Source of the DNA: Candidatus Gottesmanbacteria bacterium
Lineage (GTDB): Bacteria; Patescibacteriota; Microgenomatia; UBA10105; UBA927
NCBI GenBank assembly: GCA_963711735.1
Contig: CAVQFA010000003.1
Coordinates: forward strand, 375,830-439,829
DNA: 64,000 nucleotides
Reading direction: 5' to 3'
Positions 47,910-58,488 of this stretch are shown here, in pieces (the stretch's first letter is position 1; each line of letters starts with the position of its first letter). The notes under the pieces are model-generated. The model saw only the letters and a program-made list of their open reading frames with translations, searched no databases and was not told the origin of the DNA. A program made the position numbers and the translations under genes.

Positions 47910-49646
47910 ATGGCTGATATAGCTGATGCGAGAAGACAGGATTTAACAGGAAGTATGCCGTCGGGGAAAACGGAATCCTCATCACCCCCTCCGCCTCCAC
48001 CGGTTCCGGATCCGATAGTAGATACACCTGTAACTACTCCACCCGTATCTCCTTCACCTGTTCAGCCACCTGTTTCTCCCCCTCCGGCTACTCCCGGACA
48101 GGATCATACTGCAGAGCTTGTTGATTCTCTTATCAAACAAACATCAGCACCTGTAGAAGAATATTCCGTTCCGGCTTCCGGTGATGTGATGAAACAACCT
48201 GCTCCTGAAGAGAAACCGGTTATACCCCCTCCGTCTCTTCCGAAAAAGAAAAAGAAACTCTCCGTTGCCGCAATGGCTGTTCTTTTCCTGCTTCTTGTGA
48301 CGACTCCGATTGCCGTATTTTTTGTATCACAACAAAGACAGATTGCAGAGACCAGAAGCAAAGCAGCGGAAGCTACAACAGGGTGTGAACAAGGGGGAAA
48401 TGGGAACTACACATGTAATTTAAAAGGTGACGGTTGTGATGATGAAGTATGGGGATGGCATGAAGGTGCATGCAATGATGGTTGTCCGATAGGACAAAGA
48501 GCGAGACAGCGATGTAACTGGAATGACGGTGATGCAGTAAAAGGTTATTCCTGCGTAGATAAAAACAGTAATGATTATAAAAATGCATGTGTCGATGTTA
48601 ATGGGAATGACCATTGGGAAAAAGATTGTAACGTTGATGCTGCGTGTGCGATAGACACTTCCAAAAAAAGCAATATTCTGACATTTGATGTCGGGAAGAC
48701 GGTTCGCCTGTATGTAAATGACCTAAATGGCGGTGTTGTATTAACGGTCACTCTTACGAATACGGGCAATCCTATGGAAGTCCGTACCTTTGTGACACGC
48801 AGGATGACCCAGTATGAAGGGTATGTATTACCGGATAAGTTTGTCGTGGGTGCAAGCAATCAGTATGAAGTGAAAGTCAGGTTTGATAAAGATACAAATG
48901 ACGGATATGGATGGAGAGATCCTGCAAGTTCCATATGCGGATGGAACGGAAACGAACAGAAAAATATAAGTTCATATCTTTCTGCTGCTCAAACCGGTAT
49001 GCAACCCTCATATCTTCCGATGTGCTGGGGGGATGCGCTTGTGAACGACCCAACGCAGGATTACGATTTCAACGATACGTTCCTTGTGTTTGGATATGAC
49101 ACATCCGTGCCAACTGTTCCTCCGACAAGACCTCCAACACCGGGAGAAACAAGAACTCCTACACCGACGCGTACGCCAACACCCAGATTTACACCGACGC
49201 GTACGCCAACACCCAGATTTACACCGACGCGTACGCCAACACCCAGATTTACACCGACGCGTACCCCGACACCCAGATTTACACCGACGAAGACTCCGAC
49301 TCCGATAAAGACTCCGACACCTGTAACCGTATCGTGTTCGAGAATCAGAATATACAAAAATGGTGTTGTTGTTCCGGCAACCGACCTTCCGAAACTGAAA
49401 GCAGGAGAAAAAATTACAATTGCAGTAAGCGGCACGAGTTCATCCTCCGTGACAAGCACAAACAGTACCGCAGTGACGAGTACGAATGTTGCGAAAGCTA
49501 GAGTGCGGGTGAACTCCGGTGCATGGACTGAAACGACAAAGAAAAACGCAAGCGGAGAATTTATTGTTGAAAACTTTACTATCCCGTCAGGAGTCAAAGA
49601 TTTTACCATTGAAGCAGAAATATATATCGCGGGAGTGTGGAAATAA
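47910..49646 (+). CDS. Surface protein: Pro-rich cytoplasmic N-terminus, TM-RSKAA, Cys-rich domain, DYDFND motif, PT repeats
   Basis: ORF translation; start moved to ATG 47910. Confidence 0.75.
   Translation: MADIADARRQDLTGSMPSGKTESSSPPPPPPVPDPIVDTPVTTPPVSPSPVQPPVSPPPATPGQDHTAELVDSLIKQTSAPVEEYSVPASGDVMKQPAPEEKPVIPPPSLPKKKKKLSVAAMAVLFLLLVTTPIAVFFVSQQRQIAETRSKAAEATTGCEQGGNGNYTCNLKGDGCDDEVWGWHEGACNDGCPIGQRARQRCNWNDGDAVKGYSCVDKNSNDYKNACVDVNGNDHWEKDCNVDAACAIDTSKKSNILTFDVGKTVRLYVNDLNGGVVLTVTLTNTGNPMEVRTFVTRRMTQYEGYVLPDKFVVGASNQYEVKVRFDKDTNDGYGWRDPASSICGWNGNEQKNISSYLSAAQTGMQPSYLPMCWGDALVNDPTQDYDFNDTFLVFGYDTSVPTVPPTRPPTPGETRTPTPTRTPTPRFTPTRTPTPRFTPTRTPTPRFTPTRTPTPRFTPTKTPTPIKTPTPVTVSCSRIRIYKNGVVVPATDLPKLKAGEKITIAVSGTSSSSVTSTNSTAVTSTNVAKARVRVNSGAWTETTKKNASGEFIVENFTIPSGVKDFTIEAEIYIAGVWK
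49161..49289 (+). repeat. 30-bp coding tandem repeat (about 4.3 copies) encoding [10 protein letters not shown]
   Basis: ACACCGACGCGTACGCCAACACCCAGATTT x3 identical, one variant, one partial. Confidence 0.95.
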
Positions 49647-49648
49647 GT

Positions 49649-50731
49649 ATGAAATTTATTCGTCAATATTGGTATGTCATAACGCTTCTTATTATTACGC
49701 TCGGCCTTGGTGTGGTTACGTATCTCACCAGCATGAAGTTATCAACGACGCGTCCTGTCGCACCTACCGCTCCTGAAATTAAACCCGAGGCGGCAGTACC
49801 GGCGTGTATTCTTAAATTTTCTCTCGCTGCACCGACTCCGACAAAAGCGCCTGTATGTTACAAACCATGTTCTACAAATGCAGACTGTGCAGCGTTTTCG
49901 TCATCATCAACAGCCGGAAGCGCATATTCTCTCGTCTGTGGTGCATACCCGTGCCCTCCTGGGGTCAGAGGGTGTATAACATCGCAGGTTTGTTATAATC
50001 CGCAATGTAAATATGAAACGGATTGTATATGCGGTGTTACACCGACTCCGACAAAAGCACCCGTCTGTTTAAGACCATGCTCAACAAATGCTGATTGTAC
50101 AGCACCTTCGGTTTCATCTGCTGCCGACACCGCGAGCTCATATGTATGCGGCCAATACCCGTGTCCACCGGGAGCCAGAGGATGTTTGACTGTTCAGGTT
50201 TGTGTTAATGCCGGCTGTACGAACGATACGGATTGTATATGCGGATTGTCACCGACACCCACACGCACACCGACTCCGACAAGAACACCCACGCCTACGG
50301 CAACTCCTTTGCCGTCTGCTACCCCGACGAATACACCGGCACCAACTCTCACGCCGCTTCCGACGTACACTCCGTATCCGACTCAAATACCTTCAACGGG
50401 AACACCGTATCCTACGTATACGCCATATCCTACCCAGGTTCCGCCGCTTGCGGCAGCAGCCGCGTCCACACCCGCTCCTTTATCCTGCAACTACACATGC
50501 AGTGTAGACGGGGATTGCAGAACGGGACTCGTGTGTTCAGGAGGTGCATGCAGAAATCCGTTATGTACGACGATAACAAACTGTACATGTGAGGTGGCAC
50601 AGGCCGGCGTTGTTCCGACTGATACACCTGTTGCAGTGCCGGAGATTCCTGTTTCCGGTGCACCGCCTATACTTGGTGCACTGGTCGTTGCCGGAGGCAT
50701 AATTCTTCTCCTCCTGGGTCTGGCGCTCTGA
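49649..50731 (+). CDS. Cys-rich, PT-rich surface protein with C-terminal PVSG-TM
   Basis: N-terminal TM; duplicated 70-aa 8-Cys module; IPVSG followed by a hydrophobic tail. Confidence 0.75.
   Translation: MKFIRQYWYVITLLIITLGLGVVTYLTSMKLSTTRPVAPTAPEIKPEAAVPACILKFSLAAPTPTKAPVCYKPCSTNADCAAFSSSSTAGSAYSLVCGAYPCPPGVRGCITSQVCYNPQCKYETDCICGVTPTPTKAPVCLRPCSTNADCTAPSVSSAADTASSYVCGQYPCPPGARGCLTVQVCVNAGCTNDTDCICGLSPTPTRTPTPTRTPTPTATPLPSATPTNTPAPTLTPLPTYTPYPTQIPSTGTPYPTYTPYPTQVPPLAAAAASTPAPLSCNYTCSVDGDCRTGLVCSGGACRNPLCTTITNCTCEVAQAGVVPTDTPVAVPEIPVSGAPPILGALVVAGGIILLLLGLAL
49830..50249 (+). repeat. 210-bp internal tandem duplication (two Cys-rich modules)
   Basis: CACCGACTCCGACAAAAGC begins both units (49830, 50040); [25 protein letters not shown]...TDCICG conserved. 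Confidence 0.85.
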
Positions 50732-50913
50732 TCATAATTCTTTCGGTTTATCCTTTACACCATACATTATGATTCATAAGTACCTCCCTTGTCTTCCGGT
50801 TCATCTGCCACAATATAGTGGAAGCAGGCTTTGTGGTTGTGGATAATAAGAGGGTATTACCAACCGTACATCGTGTATGTTAAAATCTCGTCCCTGATTC
50901 ATGCCAGGTTTTT

Positions 50914-52293
50914 TTATTGCCAGACAAAGACAAGGTACGTTCCGGAGAGAAGCATACAAACACCGATTATCACAAGCATTTGAAGCGGTAACTCAAATCC
51001 CGTGACCGGAGGTTCTTCTGTAGGTGTCTCAAACGGAGTTACCGCGTATGTCGGTGTCGGACTTGATGTTGCCGATATAGTAGGAGTAAGGTAGAGTGTC
51101 GGTGTGGGTGCAAGCGTTCCGGATGGAGTAGCTATTCCCAGTACCTGCGTTCCGCTTTTCAGTATTTCAAACAACCGTGTAAGGGCAACAGGTTTATTTG
51201 TTATATCAGTAGTTGTGATTGTTACGCTTTGTTTGCCGGCGGGAATGGGAGTAGTAGGTGTTACTCTCCATAAGGCGTCCTCTCCGATTGTCGCATCATA
51301 ACTAACCGGATTTTTTATTCCGACTACTATGGATATTTTCTTTCCGGGAACACCTTTTCCGCTTATCATCGGAAAATCGGTTATGAGTTTAGCGTTTTCT
51401 TCGGGTAGCGATATCGATATGGTGTACTTTTTTTTCAGAGATGCCGATTGTTGCGTTTGTTCACCAAGTACGTTTGCCCCGCCCGTACCGGAAGTGGGTG
51501 ATGCAGGCGGAACGTAAGAGAGCATAGATCCCAGACCGTTTTTCACTTCAATTTTTCGGAAATCATATGATTTCCCGATTGTCATCGCCGGAACCGGGGA
51601 ATCATTGAATGTATCCGTTTCAGCATCTGCAACATCTCCGTCATATGCAATTATTATGTGTTCATCCAAACGGTCATCGGGACTCACGTATGCGGAGAGA
51701 TCATTTGTGCGTATTTGAGAAAGAGGTATCACCCATGAACCTGTATCCTGAACAAACGTGGATAGTGTTTGGCTGTCAGGAAGAGTGAGAAATACAACTC
51801 CTCCTGAAGCAGGAGTATTTTCGGGTGTAAATGCTGTTCCGTATGCAGGTTCCAAGGAAGATTCTTCTGCAGTTTTTTCCAGTGTAACTCCTGTCCGTGC
51901 TATGATTGAGGTAGGCGATTTGTAGGGCCGGCCATTTGAATAAATAGTTATAATATAGTCAGTAGACGGACTGACGTTTCTTACAGTGACGTGATGTATT
52001 GTAAACTTCCCCAACACCTTTCCTTTGTCACGGTCGTCAAATACGCTATACGGTTTACCGCCTTTTGCTGATACGACGACTGTTCCGCTTGCGGGATCAG
52101 ACGTTTTCCAAACGACCGTAAAAGATGTGTCTGTGCTGTTTGTAATCTGAATATCCCGCGCTTCGAATGAACGGGATGCAAATGTCCGCGTCTGAACAGT
52201 ATACTGCCATGTTGCATTGAGTATGGCAACGATAGCAATGATGAGAAGAAAAGCAGGAATAGTCGGAATTTTTCTAGGGAACAACAGATTCAT
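50914..52293 (-). CDS. Surface protein with FN3-like and Ig-like domains and C-terminal PVTG-TM
   Basis: ITNSTDTSFTVVWKT..HHVTV, ISGKG.PG Ig module, PT linker, PPVTG + TM. Confidence 0.78.
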   Translation of the reverse strand: MNLLFPRKIPTIPAFLLIIAIVAILNATWQYTVQTRTFASRSFEARDIQITNSTDTSFTVVWKTSDPASGTVVVSAKGGKPYSVFDDRDKGKVLGKFTIHHVTVRNVSPSTDYIITIYSNGRPYKSPTSIIARTGVTLEKTAEESSLEPAYGTAFTPENTPASGGVVFLTLPDSQTLSTFVQDTGSWVIPLSQIRTNDLSAYVSPDDRLDEHIIIAYDGDVADAETDTFNDSPVPAMTIGKSYDFRKIEVKNGLGSMLSYVPPASPTSGTGGANVLGEQTQQSASLKKKYTISISLPEENAKLITDFPMISGKGVPGKKISIVVGIKNPVSYDATIGEDALWRVTPTTPIPAGKQSVTITTTDITNKPVALTRLFEILKSGTQVLGIATPSGTLAPTPTLYLTPTISATSSPTPTYAVTPFETPTEEPPVTGFELPLQMLVIIGVCMLLSGTYLVFVWQ

Positions 52294-52487
52294 CGATATT
52301 CGCTCCTTTGTTCCAGTTTGGTGAATACTGTTCTGTCAATTTTTATTTCAATCGGTGTTAATTGTTGACGCAAAGATGCCTCTACTGTAGACGTTTTGAC
52401 TGCCTGCAGGAGATCAATGAGTATCCATGTAAATACTGTTATGAATGTGAACATTGCGATTAGTACGAGGTCACGGTCATTGTTCAT
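52290..52487 (-). CDS. Small single-TM protein downstream of pilO
   Basis: AAAGGA SD, N-terminal TM, coupled to the next gene. Confidence 0.65.
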   Translation of the reverse strand: MNNDRDLVLIAMFTFITVFTWILIDLLQAVKTSTVEASLRQQLTPIEIKIDRTVFTKLEQRSEYR

Positions 52488-52496
52488 AAGTCCTTT

Positions 52497-53159
52497 CTAC
52501 CTTGGCTGATAATACGATTTTACGGATAGTGCCATAGTCAATTGATCTTCATTTGATGTCGGATTTGATTCTGATGAACGTGATGCCGGTTGGATTGTAA
52601 TGGATTGGATTGTTATTATACGCCGCATATTAGCAATACCAAAAAGTATATTTTCGAGCGTGCTATAGGGTCCTGTTATGGATAAGGTCAAAGTGAAGTC
52701 CCGCGGTTGTGTGTTGACGGAAGCATTTGCCGTCTTGGTGACCGGGTTAGACAATGGAATTTTTGATACAGACAGACTGTTGAGAGATCCTCCTGAGTTC
52801 GCAATAAGTGTCTGCAGTTGTGAAACAACATCAGTAGGATTAGTATCCTCCGGTATAGCTGCCGATAACAGAGGAAGCAGCGGTTGGATTTCCTGATACA
52901 GATTCTGAGCATCAATAAGGACTGCAATTTTTTGTTCCATCTGTTGGTTTACGATCGTTTTGTCTGCAATCTCCCGTTTGAGGGTAAGGATAGTTTGTAT
53001 TGTTGGCCGTACGGCATACCATCCAAAAAGCGATATGGCAAGAAATGAAAAGATCACGGCGGTATATGACCGGTTTTGTTCTTTCTCAAACATCGGTCCT
53101 ACGGATTTATAATATTTCCGGAATTCTTTAAACTGATTTTTAGCTTTGTTTGTATCCAT
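52497..53159 (-). CDS. pilO: Type IV pilus assembly PilO-like protein
   Basis: TM, coiled coil, AIP, GPYSTL..I.NMRRIITIQSITI typical of PilO. Confidence 0.75.
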   Translation of the reverse strand: MDTNKAKNQFKEFRKYYKSVGPMFEKEQNRSYTAVIFSFLAISLFGWYAVRPTIQTILTLKREIADKTIVNQQMEQKIAVLIDAQNLYQEIQPLLPLLSAAIPEDTNPTDVVSQLQTLIANSGGSLNSLSVSKIPLSNPVTKTANASVNTQPRDFTLTLSITGPYSTLENILFGIANMRRIITIQSITIQPASRSSESNPTSNEDQLTMALSVKSYYQPR

Positions 53160-53163
53160 GTTG

Positions 53164-53754
53164 TTATTCTAACGACTCCTCTTTTACTGCGGCTTTTTTT
53201 ATTGGTTTTTCTTCCGGTTTTCCCGTGCGGGTAGATATGGTAAACATAATTCCCTCAGGTGCTTTCCGGTTGATTTCTCCGACTTCTGTCGTTGATAGTA
53301 TCGGTGACTGTTTCAGATTATTGAGAAAAGCCGTAAATCCTTCATTTGTTGCTGCCGTTACGTTTGCGGTGAGACGTTCCTTTGTGAGATTAAAAGTGGT
53401 GAGATATACATCCAGCGGGAGAATTGTTTTCACATGTGTGAATATCCCGACCAGTTTTGTTTGTTCATCCATAAGTTTTTTTATCGTGACGACTTTATTC
53501 TGTACAACTTTAAAGTCATTTTCAAACTGCTGGTTTACCTCAATGATTGATTTTTTCTGTTCGATAGCCTCATTCAAATCCGTCATTTTTCTGTCGAGAC
53601 TGAAGCGGGATATGAATGCCAAAAGAACGACAATTTCTGTCGTTATCATGATATACCTGCCATACGTTATTGCCCACGAGACTATACGCCCGATGGGCGA
53701 CTGGTCGCTTTCTTCGGTATGCAGAAGGTTTACTGATACGGAACTGGCAGGCAT
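53164..53754 (-). CDS. pilN: Type IV pilus assembly PilN-like protein
   Basis: VNLL N-terminal motif, TM, coiled coil, LP.DVYL, F..NL..SP; upstream of pilO. Confidence 0.72.
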   Translation of the reverse strand: MPASSVSVNLLHTEESDQSPIGRIVSWAITYGRYIMITTEIVVLLAFISRFSLDRKMTDLNEAIEQKKSIIEVNQQFENDFKVVQNKVVTIKKLMDEQTKLVGIFTHVKTILPLDVYLTTFNLTKERLTANVTAATNEGFTAFLNNLKQSPILSTTEVGEINRKAPEGIMFTISTRTGKPEEKPIKKAAVKEESLE

Positions 53755-53894
53755 AAAGATAATTTATTTATATATAAACACCCGGAAAATAAACCGGTAT
53801 AACATTAGTATAGCAGTCCAAAAAGCGGTGAAAAGAGGTCAAACACATACCTATATATATAGAACAATTGCGGGGAAAAAAGAGGGGAACCTTT

Positions 53895-54134
53895 TTATTT
53901 TTTCTGCAGAAGCTTCGCGAGACGGGATTTGAGACGTGCAGCTTTATTTTTATGGATAGTATTTGTTTTTGCTGCTTTATCCAGGATGCTATAGGTTTCA
54001 GGTAAAATTTTCTTATCCGGCTTACTGCGGAATATTTTAACCTTCATGCGGACTTTTTTCCGCATTACAGCATTCACACGCGTAATATGCTTGTCATGTC
54101 GTAGTTTTTTTTCCGCCTGTTTTGTGATTGGCAT
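53895..54134 (-). CDS. rpsT: 30S ribosomal protein S20
   Basis: MPITKQAEK, LDKAAK..IHKNKAARLKSRL. Confidence 0.96.
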   Translation of the reverse strand: MPITKQAEKKLRHDKHITRVNAVMRKKVRMKVKIFRSKPDKKILPETYSILDKAAKTNTIHKNKAARLKSRLAKLLQKK

Positions 54135-54142
54135 ACTGCCGA

Positions 54143-54172
54143 AGTATACCTAATTGCATCTGTTCGCGTCAA
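54143..54172 (-). promoter_or_regulatory. rpsT promoter TTGACG-N18-TATACT
   Basis: Near-consensus hexamers, 8 nt before ATG. Confidence 0.6.
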
Positions 54173-54296
54173 GCACATGTAGGGTATAATAACAGTACTT
54201 TCATAATATGGATGTTTGTCCTGTTGGATTTTTCGTAGTATTTGTATCAGGGAAATGAAGCTTACTAAGTGGTGAGCACTCAGTCTTTAGTGTCTT

Positions 54297-55943
54297 ATGA
54301 GTAAAGCTTTTGGATTTTTTACGAAAAAACAGAACTCAATGAGTTCTGCTGCATTTATTCTCATGATAATGGTCGTTGCATCCGGATTATTAGGACTTGT
54401 CCGTCTTCGTATTCTCTATGACCGCTTTACTCCCGACCAAACCGGTGTGTTTTTTGCAGCCTTCCGGATACCGAATCTTTTATTTGAGTTTTTGGCGATG
54501 GGCACTGTCACTACAGCATTCATTCCGGTGTTTACAAAGTTTTTATCACAGGGAAGAGAAAAGACCGGTCAGGTTATGGCGTCGGTCGTCATTAATATAA
54601 CGGTTATCGTACTCGGAATCATCCTTATACCCGTACTTATCTGGACACCGGAAATATCACGGTTGTTCGCTCCCGGATTTTCTGAGGCGGAAATTATCCA
54701 AATGACGTCGTTTACACGGATTATGGTTGTATTGCAGGTAGTACCGCTCATCATCGGAAATTTTTTAACCGGAATGTTACAGTCATACAACTTTTTCATT
54801 ATCCCCGCCATGGCTCCGGTTCTCTATAACATCGGTATGATTATCGGCGTACTTCTGTTGTCTCCGTCTATGGGACTTATGTCAGCTGTAGCCGGAGTCG
54901 GAATCGGAGCGGGTCTGTTTATGCTTGTCCAGATACCTCTTATCGTTCATCTGGGATATAAACACGTATTTTCCCGATCACTCCGTACTGAAGGGGTATC
55001 GGACGTTATAAAACTTATGATTCCGCGTATGGTGGGTTTAGGGGCATCACAAATAGATGTGAGTATTGATCTTATGCTTTCGAGTCTGCTTGGCGCTAAA
55101 ATGGTTACGGTATTTTTTCTCGCACAAAGCCTGCAACAGCTACCTGTACGTTTGTTCGGATATACCATTTCTCAGGCAGCATTGCCGACGCTTTCAAACG
55201 CATCAGCTTCCAATAAATATCATGAATTTACCCAGTCAATCTTAAAAGCATACCAGATGATTATATTTCTCATTATACCGGCATCTGCCTTTTTTATCGT
55301 TCTAAGGACGCCTCTTGTCCGTTTGATTTTCGGTGCATCCATGTTTGATTGGGAAGCTACGGTTTTGACGGCATATACGCTTTCCTGGTTTTCAGTGTCT
55401 CTTGTTGCTCAGGCAATCAGTCAGGTTTTTATACGGGGATTTTATGCTCTGTATGACAGTAAAACACCTGTTACGGTGAGTTTAATTACAATCGGTGTAA
55501 ATGCAGTTCTTTCAAGCGTTTTCATTCTTGTTTATCATATGCCCGTATGGTCCTTAGCGCTTTCCTCTACATGCGCGAGCATACTTAATGCTGTTTTATT
55601 GCTTATTCTTCTGTTCAGAAGGTTAGGCACCATATCCCTGAGGGAGATTATGCTTATGCCTGTCAAAATGGGAATAGCGGGTTTTGTAAGTGCCGTTGTG
55701 ATGTTTATATGTATGAAAATATTTGATCAGTTGGTATTTGATACAACGCGGGTTTTCGGACTTATACTGCTGACCGGAGTCGTTGGAGTTTTAGGATTGT
55801 CCGTCTATGTATTTCTCGCGTGGGTATTCAATGTCACGGAAGTTCTTACATTCATGCGCTTTATTGATCGGGTTAAACAACTTCGATCACTTCTCATGAC
55901 TGCAAACAGGCAGATTCCCGAAGATTTGAAAGAATCGGGATAG
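54297..55943 (+). CDS. murJ: Lipid II flippase MurJ (MviN)
   Basis: LGLVR, FFAAFRIPN, AFIPVF, APVLYNIG, QLPV.LFG, RGFYALYDSKTP. Confidence 0.93.
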   Translation: MSKAFGFFTKKQNSMSSAAFILMIMVVASGLLGLVRLRILYDRFTPDQTGVFFAAFRIPNLLFEFLAMGTVTTAFIPVFTKFLSQGREKTGQVMASVVINITVIVLGIILIPVLIWTPEISRLFAPGFSEAEIIQMTSFTRIMVVLQVVPLIIGNFLTGMLQSYNFFIIPAMAPVLYNIGMIIGVLLLSPSMGLMSAVAGVGIGAGLFMLVQIPLIVHLGYKHVFSRSLRTEGVSDVIKLMIPRMVGLGASQIDVSIDLMLSSLLGAKMVTVFFLAQSLQQLPVRLFGYTISQAALPTLSNASASNKYHEFTQSILKAYQMIIFLIIPASAFFIVLRTPLVRLIFGASMFDWEATVLTAYTLSWFSVSLVAQAISQVFIRGFYALYDSKTPVTVSLITIGVNAVLSSVFILVYHMPVWSLALSSTCASILNAVLLLILLFRRLGTISLREIMLMPVKMGIAGFVSAVVMFICMKIFDQLVFDTTRVFGLILLTGVVGVLGLSVYVFLAWVFNVTEVLTFMRFIDRVKQLRSLLMTANRQIPEDLKESG

Positions 55944-55944
55944 T

Positions 55945-57375
55945 TTACTGCTTCGTCACTTCAAGAATCGCAATGTTCTGCGGAGACATACAGATCTGTT
56001 TGGTAAATGCGGTACCGGTAAGAGTTTCTTTATTTCCCAGTTGTGCGTTTCTGGGTGGCGGATTATCCCGTGAGCAACCAGCCTGATAGAGATATTTCAC
56101 TTTCCAGACATATTCACCGGGGTCCATATTCATAATTGTGACAGGAACAGTTTCAAGGTGTGTTCCTCTTGTATCAAAATTGATAAGCATCAGTCTGATC
56201 GTCCGGTCGTCGTTGGTTGCAAATCCCGTTACCCATGAACCCTCTCCGCTCACCGAGAGAAGTTGTCCTGACATTGTATCGATAAAATTATACACATAGT
56301 ATCGGGGAGACAGCTTTATCCCCGCAGATTCATGCGATATAAGTCCCCATCCGCCGGCATTTTCCTGACCCGGTCCGTCTTTGAGTTCAAAAGAAAATAT
56401 ATACTTCGGCCCGCCGACGGCCAGTTGCCGTATAACCGCTGCAGTATGTGCTGCCGCGTATTGTGTCTTGTAGAGTTTGTTTTTTCCGCCGTCAAATCCG
56501 AATTCCGTAATCATTGTCGGTTTCAGGACGTGTTGGGGAAATTTTATAAGCACGCTCATGAGGTTAGCCTGATCCGTTTTAAACCGGACAGGATCAGCAA
56601 GATATGAATGCCAGGAAAAGAAATCGACGCGCATCCCGCTTGCAGCAAGAGCACGGATCCAAGCCGGATACATGCCTGTTGTTGCCGGTCCGCCGAAAGA
56701 AAACGGCAGCGTTCCTTTTGCATTTCTTGCTCCGTTTGCGGCGTACCGGTACAGAGTCAGATAGTTTTTGTCACCTTGGTATTTCCATCCGCCGAACTGT
56801 GCAAGGTCCGGTTCGTTCCATACTTCGTAATACATCCCTGATATGCGTTTTGTACCGCTGTAGTGTTCTATAGTTCTTTGCACAACAAGCGCCCAATCAT
56901 TCCAATCGTTTGGCGGATTTATGACGCTTCCGTCTTTTGCAATAACAGACGGCATATACGAAAGGGCAAGCATCGGTTTTGCACCGCTTGCAAGTATGGT
57001 ATTAACTGCACCGTCTAATCGGGAAAAATCAAATGATAAGTTTCCGCTTGATCCGGATACTACATTGAAATGATCATATATATGGTCTATACGGATGAGT
57101 CGGGGTTTCAGTCCTTTTACCTGTGTAAGAACCGGGCTGATCATATCAGCAGATTCTTCACCGCCCTGAGCAAATGCACGGTACTGGTCAGTATTGAAAG
57201 GACCGATAATAGTTTTTGCGTCAACAACAATATTTGCCGGTTTACCGCTTGCTTTCATAAACCATACGGTTGCCGTAAATGCACCATAGAGAAGAAACGG
57301 GAGGAAAAAAATAAGAACGATCATGTTAAAAACAGAAATAAATTTTCCGGAAATATTTCCCGTCGGTGAAATCAT
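55945..57375 (-). CDS. Membrane-anchored GH39-like (clan GH-A) glycoside hydrolase
   Basis: YEVWNEPD acid/base, GGPA, DFFSWHSY, ITEFG nucleophile. Confidence 0.85.
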   Translation of the reverse strand: MISPTGNISGKFISVFNMIVLIFFLPFLLYGAFTATVWFMKASGKPANIVVDAKTIIGPFNTDQYRAFAQGGEESADMISPVLTQVKGLKPRLIRIDHIYDHFNVVSGSSGNLSFDFSRLDGAVNTILASGAKPMLALSYMPSVIAKDGSVINPPNDWNDWALVVQRTIEHYSGTKRISGMYYEVWNEPDLAQFGGWKYQGDKNYLTLYRYAANGARNAKGTLPFSFGGPATTGMYPAWIRALAASGMRVDFFSWHSYLADPVRFKTDQANLMSVLIKFPQHVLKPTMITEFGFDGGKNKLYKTQYAAAHTAAVIRQLAVGGPKYIFSFELKDGPGQENAGGWGLISHESAGIKLSPRYYVYNFIDTMSGQLLSVSGEGSWVTGFATNDDRTIRLMLINFDTRGTHLETVPVTIMNMDPGEYVWKVKYLYQAGCSRDNPPPRNAQLGNKETLTGTAFTKQICMSPQNIAILEVTKQ

Positions 57376-58424
57376 ATGCGTCTCCTTGTAGATGTTGCCG
57401 GTGCGATTGCAATTCCCGCCAGTATAAGGATAAACCCGATAATACCTATACTATATGTAATTTCAACAGTGCCTGCAACAGGAGTGGCGCTTTCGCTTGC
57501 CGTCTGATCTTCACCGGCAATGACAAAAGAAACAGAAGCAGTATACGTTGTTTCTCCCGCCGGGTCCTGTGCTGAAATTGTCAGATCATGGGGTCCGCTT
57601 TCCAGGTCAACCTGGGGAGTGTACGTCCAGGATCCTGTTGCACTGGCGCTTGCAACATCAGTTATCGTCTCAGGATAGATAGTGAACGTTACGGTTGAGT
57701 TGGGAGGAGCAGTACCCCGCATGGTAGGTGTCGTCGTATACAGCATTTGATTAGCCGTAGGATAAGTTATTGTCGCGCGGGCATTTGCAGTTCCGGTGGG
57801 GGTGGGTGTCACAGTTGCGGATCCCGGACGTGGTGTCGGTGTGCGTGTGGGAGTTATATTTGACAGCGGAGTCGGAGTTGCGGTCGGAAGAGTCCCGCCT
57901 CCGGAGTCGGTAATTGTAATTCTCGCCGGGGTAGATCCGATCAGCACATTTGCGGCTTCTCTGGATGCTGCTACATACGTCGGTTCGGTAAATTGTACTA
58001 CAACAGGTGATGAGGACGGAGCGAGAGCCTTTAATTTTATTGTTATCACAGTACCTTCTCCGGTAAAGAGTGATGTGCTGTCGAGAGCTCCGACCATGAT
58101 GGACATTTTCCCGGGCTCCACAACGCCGGGTCGGAAAATACTTGGAAATATCGAACCGTTTACGATGCTTACGCCTTCCAGTTTGGTCTGATCGTATGTA
58201 ATATATAAATCCGCCACAAGGACTGCGTTTTCACCCGTATTTATGACAACATCCAAGGTTACCGTTTCACCGACTTTTTTTGTCGCTGTAGCAGGGCGCA
58301 GAACGAGTGTCGTTGCGGGTGCTGCTTTACTTCGGATATCCTGTCTTTGCGACAGGACGAAAAACGTGACCGGGATGGCAAGCAGAGTAATAATTCCGGC
58401 AACAATAAGCAGGACTTTTTTCAT
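57372..58424 (-). CDS. Surface protein with cohesin-like and Ig-like domains, C-terminal PVAG-TM
   Basis: TM-QDIRSKAAP; VGETVTLDV..ITYD..L..GEGTVITIKLKA; P.MRGTAPP..GSWTYTP..L..GPH; TPVAG-TM-RRR; start moved to 58424. Confidence 0.8.
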   Translation of the reverse strand: MKKVLLIVAGIITLLAIPVTFFVLSQRQDIRSKAAPATTLVLRPATATKKVGETVTLDVVINTGENAVLVADLYITYDQTKLEGVSIVNGSIFPSIFRPGVVEPGKMSIMVGALDSTSLFTGEGTVITIKLKALAPSSSPVVVQFTEPTYVAASREAANVLIGSTPARITITDSGGGTLPTATPTPLSNITPTRTPTPRPGSATVTPTPTGTANARATITYPTANQMLYTTTPTMRGTAPPNSTVTFTIYPETITDVASASATGSWTYTPQVDLESGPHDLTISAQDPAGETTYTASVSFVIAGEDQTASESATPVAGTVEITYSIGIIGFILILAGIAIAPATSTRRRI

Positions 58425-58488
58425 GCTATATCTATTATTGCTATGTTTTGTGCCAATTAGCAAGGGTTTAATTCATTAAACACGGATC

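Noticed and set aside
49161-49289. Possible CRISPR array (30-bp repeats)
   Set aside because: Repeats are head-to-tail with no spacers, in frame within a PT-rich linker, and no cas genes are present
49061-49666. 201-aa antisense ORF with [10 protein letters not shown] repeats
   Set aside because: Mirror of the Pro/Thr repeat on the coding strand; no independent evidence
50732-50913. Possible dif/Xer site (TATGTTAAAA; CATAATGTATGGTGTAAA on minus)
   Set aside because: Half-site resemblance only; no 11-6-11 arrangement with a matching second arm
53150-53932. 260-aa plus-strand ORF
   Set aside because: Antisense to pilN and the end of rpsT; no recognisable motifs
54180-54296. Riboswitch in the murJ leader
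   Set aside because: Only short weak stems; no known aptamer consensus recognised
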